This document shows, piece by piece, positions 54,801 through 61,303 of a stretch of DNA of 64,000 bases (positions are counted from its first letter, which is position 1; each line of letters opens with the position of its first letter). This stretch comes from an uncultured Bacteroidota bacterium. Its GTDB lineage: Bacteria; Bacteroidota; Bacteroidia; Bacteroidales; P3. Position numbers and translations under genes: made by a program. The notes under the pieces are model-generated. The model was not told the DNA's origin and did no database searches. It saw only the letters and a program-made list of their open reading frames with translations. The stretch is taken from contig CACYKY010000007.1 in the NCBI GenBank assembly GCA_902775135.1, forward strand, positions 56,751 through 120,750, read 5' to 3'.

Positions 54801-57275
54801 TTAGAGGAGCAGGGTGCCCAGTTGGAAGAAGAGTGTGGAGACGATCCAGGCGAGGCCTATGGTGTAGGCCATCGTGAAGAGGGCCCATTTCCAGCGGCCA
54901 CTCTCGTTGCGGATGGCGATGACGGTGGAGAGACAGGGCATGTAGAGGAGTATGAAGAGCAGCATGGAGGCTGCCGAGAGGGGCGTCATGGAGCCCCGGA
55001 TGAGGCGGGAGATGCGGAGGGAGTCGTCGTCCTCCTCGGCGGGGGAAACAGAGGTTTCGGAGATTTCGGAGGGCTCCATTTCGGCGGAGGTGCTGTAGAG
55101 GACACCCATGGTGCTGGCGACGACCTCTTTGGCGCCTACGCCGGCGAGGAGGGAGACGGACTGGCGCCAGTCGAAGCCACAGGGACGCATGGCGGGCTCG
55201 ATGGTCTTGCCGATCTTGGCCATATAGGAGTTCTCGGCCTGGAGGTGGGGATCCTCGTTATAGGGGAAATAGGAGAGCGCCCAGACGAGGATGGAGGCAC
55301 CGAGGATGATGGTGCCCATCTTCTTGAGGTACTCCTTGCCCTTCTCCCAGGTGTGGCGGAGGACGGCCTTCGCCGTAGGCATGCGGTAGGGCGGCAGCTC
55401 CATGACGAAGGGCAGGCTCTCGCCCTTGACGACGAAGCGGCTGAAGAGCTTGGCCAAGAGGACGGCCATCACGAGGCCGAAGAGGTAGAGGCCCATGAGC
55501 ACATAGGCCGCATACTGCGAGAAGAAGGCGGAGACGAGGATGACATAGACGGGGATGCGTGCGGAGCACGACATCATGGGGATGACGAGCATGGTGAGCA
55601 GACGGCTGCGGCGGTCCTCGATGGTGCGTGTGGCCATGATGGCGGGGACGTTGCACCCAAAGCCCATGATCATGGGGATGAAGCTCTTGCCGTGAAGGCC
55701 CATGCGATGCATGAGCTTGTCCATGATGAAGGCCGCGCGGGCCATGTAGCCGGAGTCCTCCATGAAGGAGATGAAGAGATAGAGGATGAGGATGTTGGGG
55801 AGGAAGACGATGACGGAGCCGACGCCGCCGATGATGCCGTCGGCGAGGAGGGAGCGCAGGGGACCGTCGTCCATATTGGCGGTGACGGTTTCGCCCAGCC
55901 ATCCGAAGAGGGCCTCGATCCAATCCATGGGATACTGGCCGAGGGCGAAGGTGCACCAGAAGGTGACGAACATGAAGACGAGGAAGACGGGATAGCCCAG
56001 CCAGCGGTGGGTGACGATGGCGTCGATGCGGTCGGTCAGCGCATGGAGGGTGCTCTTCTCGTTCTTGACATAGCACTCGGCGAGGGCACCGCGGACGAAG
56101 GCATACTTGGCATCGGTGATGGCGGACTCGATGTCCTGGTGGACGTGGGTGTCGCCGCCGTGCTCGAGGCGGATGTGCTCGGCGTCGTCGACGGTGTGGG
56201 TGTTGCTTTTCTGGTACTCTTCGGCAATCTGGTCGCGCATCTTGAGGACGCTGCCGTCGGGGTCGCGCTCGGCGACATACTGCTCGAGCTGACGGTCGTT
56301 CTCGAGGAGCTTGATGGCGAGGAAGCGGGTGGAGAGGTCGTCGGAGAAGCCGTGCTCGTAGAGGTGGGTGCGGAGCTGCTTGATGCAGGGCTCGAGGACG
56401 GGGCCGTGATTGACGTGGATGTGGCGGAAGGCTGAGGGCCGAGGGCTGGAGTCGCCTTTCACCTGACTCTCGAAGACCTCGATGATGGTGTCGAAGAGAT
56501 GGTCGATGCCGTCGCCGGAGCGGCCGGTGGTGGGCACGATGGGCATACCGAGGAGCGTGGAGAGCTGGCCGATATCGAGCCGGTCGCCGCTCTTCTTAAG
56601 TTCGTCGTACATATTGAGCGCCATCACCATGGTGATGTCCATGTCGATGAGCTGCGTGGTGAGGTAGAGGTTGCGCTGGAGGTTGGAGCTGTCGACAACA
56701 TTGAGGATGATGTCGGGGTTCTTCTCGAGGATATGGCGACGGACATAGAGCTCTTCGGGGGAATAGGCGGAGAGGGAGTAGGTGCCGGGGAGGTCGACGA
56801 GGTTGAAGGTGTAGCCCTTGTGGGTGAAGGTGCCTACCTTCTCGTCGACGGTGACGCCGCTGTAGTTGCCCACACGCTCGTGGGCGTGGGCGGCGATGTT
56901 GAAGATGCTGGTCTTGCCGCAGTTGGGGTTGCCGACGAGGGCCACGTTGATGGTCTTGGAGCGCTCGGCGGCGATGTGCTGCATGGGGGTGACGTCGGGA
57001 TTGTCGAGGGGGCGGTAGTCGTCGTGGTGGGCGATTTCTCGCTGAGCCTCCTGCTCGGTGACGATCTCCACCTTCATGGCGTCGCTGCGGCGAAGGGAGA
57101 CCTCGAAGTTGAGGACACGGTATTTTATGGGGTCTTTCAGAGGGGCGTTGAGGATGGCCTCGACGGCGACACCCTTGATGAAACCCATCTCGATGATGCG
57201 CTTACGGAAAGCCCCGTGGCCCGAAACACGCACCACGACGCCACGTTCTCCTGTTTGTAAATCAGATAGTAGCAT
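54801..57275 (-). CDS. feoB: ferrous iron transporter, FeoA-FeoB fusion
   Basis: 824 aa. N-terminal FeoA SH3-like domain (LSDLQTGERGVVVRV), G domain (GNPNCGKTSIFN), polytopic C-terminal permease. Confidence 0.93.
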   Translation of the reverse strand: MLLSDLQTGERGVVVRVSGHGAFRKRIIEMGFIKGVAVEAILNAPLKDPIKYRVLNFEVSLRRSDAMKVEIVTEQEAQREIAHHDDYRPLDNPDVTPMQHIAAERSKTINVALVGNPNCGKTSIFNIAAHAHERVGNYSGVTVDEKVGTFTHKGYTFNLVDLPGTYSLSAYSPEELYVRRHILEKNPDIILNVVDSSNLQRNLYLTTQLIDMDITMVMALNMYDELKKSGDRLDIGQLSTLLGMPIVPTTGRSGDGIDHLFDTIIEVFESQVKGDSSPRPSAFRHIHVNHGPVLEPCIKQLRTHLYEHGFSDDLSTRFLAIKLLENDRQLEQYVAERDPDGSVLKMRDQIAEEYQKSNTHTVDDAEHIRLEHGGDTHVHQDIESAITDAKYAFVRGALAECYVKNEKSTLHALTDRIDAIVTHRWLGYPVFLVFMFVTFWCTFALGQYPMDWIEALFGWLGETVTANMDDGPLRSLLADGIIGGVGSVIVFLPNILILYLFISFMEDSGYMARAAFIMDKLMHRMGLHGKSFIPMIMGFGCNVPAIMATRTIEDRRSRLLTMLVIPMMSCSARIPVYVILVSAFFSQYAAYVLMGLYLFGLVMAVLLAKLFSRFVVKGESLPFVMELPPYRMPTAKAVLRHTWEKGKEYLKKMGTIILGASILVWALSYFPYNEDPHLQAENSYMAKIGKTIEPAMRPCGFDWRQSVSLLAGVGAKEVVASTMGVLYSTSAEMEPSEISETSVSPAEEDDDSLRISRLIRGSMTPLSAASMLLFILLYMPCLSTVIAIRNESGRWKWALFTMAYTIGLAWIVSTLFFQLGTLLL

Positions 57276-57301
57276 GAGTATACGATATATTTTAGTTGGT
57301 G

Positions 57302-57309
57302 CAAAGATA
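57302..57309 (-). promoter_or_regulatory. Bacteroidota -7 promoter box for feoAB
   Basis: The minus strand reads TATCTTTG, 27 nt upstream of ATG 57275. Confidence 0.6.
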
Positions 57310-57310
57310 A

Positions 57311-57337
57311 TAAAAAAAGGTGACCCCTGGGGTCACC
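57311..57337 (-). terminator. intrinsic terminator facing the AT-rich cassette
   Basis: Stem GGTGACC / GGTCACC (57319-57337). On the minus strand it is followed by T7 (57312-57318). No obvious minus-strand gene upstream of it. Confidence 0.55.
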
Positions 57338-57430
57338 ATTATTGGTGATTTGTGGTTTTGTTCTTATTTTTAGTAGTTAAGGAGACAGTAGTTAAAGTAG
57401 TTAAGCCAAATGTGCTGTTCTTGTTTTTTG

Positions 57431-57460
57431 GGGTTCTTCCTACAAATGCGTAGGTGATAC
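57431..57460 (+). repeat. direct repeat copy 1 (GGGTTCTTCCTACAAATGCGTAGGTGATAC)
   Basis: Perfect 30/30 match to 59300-59329. Weaker similarity extends ~20 nt leftward (CAAA.GTGCT..CTGTTTT). Confidence 0.95.
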
Positions 57461-57482
57461 ACAATAGGTAACTTCTATTAAT

Positions 57483-57502
57483 TGCCCGTAGGGCATTTCT
57501 TT
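57483..57502 (+). terminator. mini-hairpin + U tract (TGCCC-GTA-GGGCA TTTCTTT)
   Basis: Read directly. Sequence-related to 57534-57554. Confidence 0.4.
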
Positions 57503-57533
57503 CAATAGCAAATATCTAATTATCAACAATTAT

Positions 57534-57554
57534 ACCCCATAGGGGTTTTCTTTT
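57534..57554 (+). terminator. mini-hairpin + U tract (ACCCC-ATA-GGGGT TTTCTTTT)
   Basis: Read directly. Confidence 0.4.
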
Positions 57555-57697
57555 AAACGTATTTTCCGGTGAGTCCGACTACACTTCTGACAATCAGCGA
57601 AATGTCTATACTCTTTCAGCACTCCCTTCCGATACTCTCACGTTAACGATAAATTAGTCCTCTGCCACATTTTTTTTGCAGATTTAAATATTATTTG

Positions 57698-57705
57698 TAT
57701 TTTTG
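57698..57705 (+). promoter_or_regulatory. Bacteroidota -7 promoter box
   Basis: TATTTTTG lies 62 nt upstream of ATG 57767. Confidence 0.5.
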
Positions 57706-57766
57706 CACCTTGTAAAAACATTATATATTACATTGTCCATTCTTGAATGGAAATTAAAAAAAAAAA

Positions 57767-58909
57767 ATGTATATCAATTCTCTATTATTTATTCTCCTTA
57801 TCCCAACATCACCAACAATCGGTACAACTGAAGTTTGCCAACAATTCACACAAGATTCGTGTATACAAAAAAAAATAATACTACAGAAAGACTCATCAAC
57901 CTTCACTATTGTCGGAAAACAACAAGAGACCATACGGTATGATGACGGTGCAATAACCCAAATAAAACAAAACACAAAGGAGACCGCAAAAAACACTAAA
58001 AAGGGAGGATATGAAATTTTAACAGTTGTTGTTTCTGCTTTGGCATTGATTGTCGCCCTTATCACTTTGTACTTCTCACGAAAAACATTTAAATCACAAA
58101 AAATAACTCAACAAAACACAACTCCTATTTTCACCAAAGACAAGCAATTTGATGTACTATCTTCCATCGCAAAATCACTTCTGGACAATCTATTGGAAGC
58201 AGGGGCCACTAAACTAAAAATTCAAAATAGCACACACAATAGCATTCCATCGGAACTACTTTATCTAAATAAGCATATAGATTCCAGCGAATTGCATTTG
58301 GAACTATTTTATGATAACAAAGAAGAATTAGATATTAACCTTGAATCCAACATTCATATTACACAATTGTTAGTTCCTTCAAATTTCTCAAGAATGAGTA
58401 ATTTGAAAAACTGTATAGACTCCTACAATAACAGATGCAATATCTTTTCCAAACAAATTCAAGAGAAAGCAATTGATATTGAAGATATAAAAAAAGAATA
58501 CGACTATTATATTCTTCGTAATATAATAGAATTATTAGCTTTGACTGCCGAGGTGGCAGAACATATATATCCTAATAAGAAGAATGATATTAAAACACAA
58601 ATAATACAATACGTATATTTTAGAATGGTGTGGTATATCGAAAACGTAACTGGTCATCAAGTTGGTGACAAAACAAATTTCGACAAGGAGAAAAAAGAAA
58701 TGACTAAAGATATAAATGGTATCAACACAATATTTAACGGCTTTGATAATATGTGGACAAGATTACTCGGTAATTATAGATTCGCTTATGCTTTGCCTAT
58801 GTTTGAGAATTTAAAAATCGAAGATTTTATTGATTTTGTAAAGATAGATATAGCAGGAAAATATAGAAATAGTAATGCTCCATTCCTTAAATATAAGACT
58901 AATAAGTGA
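57767..58909 (+). CDS. orphan hypothetical protein, 380 aa, one central TM helix, very low G+C
   Basis: Only long ORF in the AT-rich cassette. TM helix ILTVVVSALALIVALITLYF. Lys/Asn/Ile-rich helical C-terminal ~265 aa. No motif I recognise. Confidence 0.7.
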   Translation: MYINSLLFILLIPTSPTIGTTEVCQQFTQDSCIQKKIILQKDSSTFTIVGKQQETIRYDDGAITQIKQNTKETAKNTKKGGYEILTVVVSALALIVALITLYFSRKTFKSQKITQQNTTPIFTKDKQFDVLSSIAKSLLDNLLEAGATKLKIQNSTHNSIPSELLYLNKHIDSSELHLELFYDNKEELDINLESNIHITQLLVPSNFSRMSNLKNCIDSYNNRCNIFSKQIQEKAIDIEDIKKEYDYYILRNIIELLALTAEVAEHIYPNKKNDIKTQIIQYVYFRMVWYIENVTGHQVGDKTNFDKEKKEMTKDINGINTIFNGFDNMWTRLLGNYRFAYALPMFENLKIEDFIDFVKIDIAGKYRNSNAPFLKYKTNK

Positions 58910-58956
58910 CTGAAAGAGAATAAGACGCCGCATCCTACTAAGAGAACAACCTCTCT

Positions 58957-59256
58957 ATGAAGATATATAAGGAATATCCCGCAACACACTCCATGGACAC
59001 TGATTGATACATAATCGATTCTGATGGGAATGCAGCCATCAAGCAGTACAGCGACAACGAACACTGGGGTTATTCTTCCAATGCAGTCAAAAACCATCTG
59101 CGGGTGGCTATTTGTGCATACTTAATGTTGGCATGGGCAAAAATCACTACAGCATCACCGAGGCTCGCTGGCCATCAGGGGTTTGGACTCTTCGTTGGCA
59201 GGATATTTCCGAGGTTCTTTTTCCATGCTTTTATAACGGCATCTTCTCGGAAATAA
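58957..59256 (+). pseudogene. remnant of an IS4-family DDE transposase C-terminus (in-frame TGA at 59005)
   Basis: Translation KIYKEY...AIKQYSDNEHWGYSSNAVKNHLRVAICAYLMLAWAK aligns by eye with the conserved IS4 tail LYKERWQ.E.FFKWIKQHL.IK.FYGTSENAVKTQIWIAI.VYLLVAI. Confidence 0.55.
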
Positions 59257-59299
59257 TATGCCTCTTTCTCCTAATTATTTCAAAGAGTGCTCTGTTTTA

Positions 59300-59329
59300 G
59301 GGTTCTTCCTACAAATGCGTAGGTGATAC
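59300..59329 (+). repeat. direct repeat copy 2 (GGGTTCTTCCTACAAATGCGTAGGTGATAC)
   Basis: Perfect match to 57431-57460, 1869 bp downstream of copy 1. Confidence 0.95.
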
Positions 59330-59589
59330 GTCCCTACACGACTCCACTTATCCATTTAGCGGATGAACCAAATTTTGGGGATTAAACTAATTATCGGATA
59401 AACATACTCCGTCAACAGCCATCATCTTCCCTTTCGGATTGCTAACTATTAGTCATGGGTTTTTGATCCTTTTCATTCCCATACCTCTCATTCCGATTGT
59501 GGCAAACGAGGAAAGGACGGTCATGCATAACCGCCCCACCCTTGACTAAAAAAGGATATAAATGATTTCTTACCACATTATTTCGACTG

Positions 59590-59597
59590 CAAAGATA
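59590..59597 (-). promoter_or_regulatory. Bacteroidota -7 promoter box, pointing toward repeat copy 2
   Basis: The minus strand reads TATCTTTG. No convincing ORF downstream of it. Confidence 0.4.
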
Positions 59598-59658
59598 CGA
59601 AAAAAATCCCAACTCCCAATGAAAAAAAACTTCTTTTGCCCATATCCCAAAAAATGTG

Positions 59659-59666
59659 TATCTTTG
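59659..59666 (+). promoter_or_regulatory. Bacteroidota -7 promoter box, divergent from 59590 box
   Basis: TATCTTTG lies 68 nt upstream of ATG 59734. Confidence 0.5.
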
Positions 59667-59733
59667 CACTTTATTTAGATGTACACATGCGCATACGAAA
59701 CATTATATATAACACGCTGATACTGAGGAGGAA

Positions 59734-59988
59734 ATGCCCCCCCCACTACCACGCTGTAATAGTGTAAGTTACAAAGATTCTCACCATTTCTTAACCCTCC
59801 CGTCCCTGCTCCTCGCGGCCTCTTCCCGTGTCGGCAGGGTTTCGTTGTTTCTCCTCGTCGCCCTCGCCCTGGCCTCCTGTGCCAAGGAGCCTGCAGCCTC
59901 CCCATCCTCCCAGTCTTCCTCTCCTGAAGAACCCCTCTCCCCACATCCCACATGGACCGACGACAGCACCAACAACTTCTGGAGCTAA
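59734..59988 (+). CDS. possible small Pro/Ser-rich lipoprotein (84 aa) with a C8 tract right after the ATG
   Basis: Lipobox LVALALASC. G+C-rich third positions. The N-region is unusually long (38 aa), so the start or coding status is uncertain. Confidence 0.4.
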   Translation: MPPPLPRCNSVSYKDSHHFLTLPSLLLAASSRVGRVSLFLLVALALASCAKEPAASPSSQSSSPEEPLSPHPTWTDDSTNNFWS

Positions 59989-60010
59989 CCCTCATAAAAC
60001 CATCCGTACC

Positions 60011-60181
60011 ATGTGCCTCTTCCGTCGACGTAAACAAGACCGCATCGCCCGCGACATAGCCGCCAGCCACGATATGCTGCCCGACTACCGCGCCGCCCGC
60101 CGCCAAGGCCTCTCCCCCCTCGAAGCCCTCGCCGAATGGGACCTCCTCGATGCCGAAGCCCTGAAAAAACTGCAGGGATAA
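60011..60181 (+). CDS. small hypothetical protein (56 aa)
   Basis: ATG 60011 lies within track ORF 59828-60181. Strong G+C third-position bias consistent with host coding. Confidence 0.45.
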   Translation: MCLFRRRKQDRIARDIAASHDMLPDYRAARRQGLSPLEALAEWDLLDAEALKKLQG

Positions 60182-60225
60182 CGGAGGAAGAGACGGGGTG
60201 TTACTATAAAATACTACAATAAACG

Positions 60226-61263
60226 ATGCCACTCAACAAAGACCAGATACTACGCTACCGCATCCTGAACGCTTGTTTCAAGGACACCTCGCGCCTTTAT
60301 GACATTAACGACCTTGTAGAATGTTGCCAGCGTGAGATGATGGAGACATACGAGAAAGGGGTAAGCAAGAGGTCGGTTCACAACGATATCCAAAAACTAC
60401 AATACCAGCCATACAACGTGGAGTTCGACGAAGTGTTGAGAAAACAGCACTATTACCGCTATGCCGACACTTCGTTCAATCTCGCCGTTGTCGAAGATCT
60501 TTCACCGCGCGAGCGCACAGCCCTTCACGATACGGTGGAATTCCTTCGCCCCATCTGTGATGACCCCGACAACGCTTCGCCATTAATGCAATGGATGTTC
60601 ATGAGCTTGCAGCGCCTCGAAGCCGGCGAACCCCTTGCCGAGAAATCACCCTGTGTGTCGTTCGAGAACAATAACTTGCTTGCCGGAATGGGTAACTTTA
60701 ACCTCCTTCTAAGTTGTGTTATGGAGCACAAGCCGGTAACCCTCCGCTACCGCTCGTTCCGCAGCAAGGAGGCCAAGAACATCAATGTCCACCCCTATTA
60801 CCTGAAGCAGTACAATGGGCGCTGGTACCTCCTGGCCACACCCGAAGCCCACAGCAATATAGCACCTTACGCCCTCGACCGCATATTGACCGTCAGCCTT
60901 TGGAACACGGAATTCCGTCCCTCTGACGTTGATTTCGATGCCCTATTTGCCGACACGATAGGCATAACCATCAACCCCGACTCCAAAGCAGAGCAGATTG
61001 TGCTGCGTATTGCGGCCAAACGATACCCCTATGTGGAAACAAAACCCTTCAGCGAGAAGCAGAAGATCGTAGAAAAAAACGACCAAACAGTCACCATATC
61101 TTTTCCTATGCGTGTGAATGTGGAGCTGATTTCCGAGCTCCTTTCATTCGGATGCGACATAGAGGTGTTGGAGCCTCTTACATTGAGGAATGAGATAGCC
61201 CGACAGGTGGAGGCTGCACGCAACCTTTATTCGCGAGTGCAAAAAGATGGCACTCCGAAGTAG
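60226..61263 (+). CDS. WYL-domain transcriptional regulator (N-terminal wHTH, BrxR/CapW-like architecture)
   Basis: 345 aa. N-terminal HTH region (ILRYRILNACF...RSVHNDIQKL). Central YLKQYNGRWYLLA is the WYL signature strand. Confidence 0.8.
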   Translation: MPLNKDQILRYRILNACFKDTSRLYDINDLVECCQREMMETYEKGVSKRSVHNDIQKLQYQPYNVEFDEVLRKQHYYRYADTSFNLAVVEDLSPRERTALHDTVEFLRPICDDPDNASPLMQWMFMSLQRLEAGEPLAEKSPCVSFENNNLLAGMGNFNLLLSCVMEHKPVTLRYRSFRSKEAKNINVHPYYLKQYNGRWYLLATPEAHSNIAPYALDRILTVSLWNTEFRPSDVDFDALFADTIGITINPDSKAEQIVLRIAAKRYPYVETKPFSEKQKIVEKNDQTVTISFPMRVNVELISELLSFGCDIEVLEPLTLRNEIARQVEAARNLYSRVQKDGTPK

Positions 61264-61271
61264 TATTTTTG
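61264..61271 (+). promoter_or_regulatory. Bacteroidota -7 promoter box for hsdR
   Basis: TATTTTTG lies immediately after the WYL gene stop, 33 nt upstream of ATG 61304. Confidence 0.5.
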
Positions 61272-61303
61272 CAGCCGAAATCAAACCAAAAAAAAGAAAA
61301 ACA

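Noticed and set aside
54822-56435. 537-aa plus-strand ORF opposite feoB (also 55258-56076 minus, off-frame)
   Set aside because: These are shadow ORFs. FeoB motifs are unambiguous in the chosen frame.
59442-59669. 75-aa minus-strand ORF between the divergent promoter boxes
   Set aside because: It spans both promoter boxes, has low-complexity and atypical composition, and shows no motif. The region is more likely non-coding (possibly an untranslated transcript from the 59590 box).
59726-59731. AGGAGG upstream of ATG 59734 as a Shine-Dalgarno site
   Set aside because: Spacing to the ATG is only 2 nt, and Bacteroidota generally do not use SD-led initiation. It was not used as evidence for the ORF.
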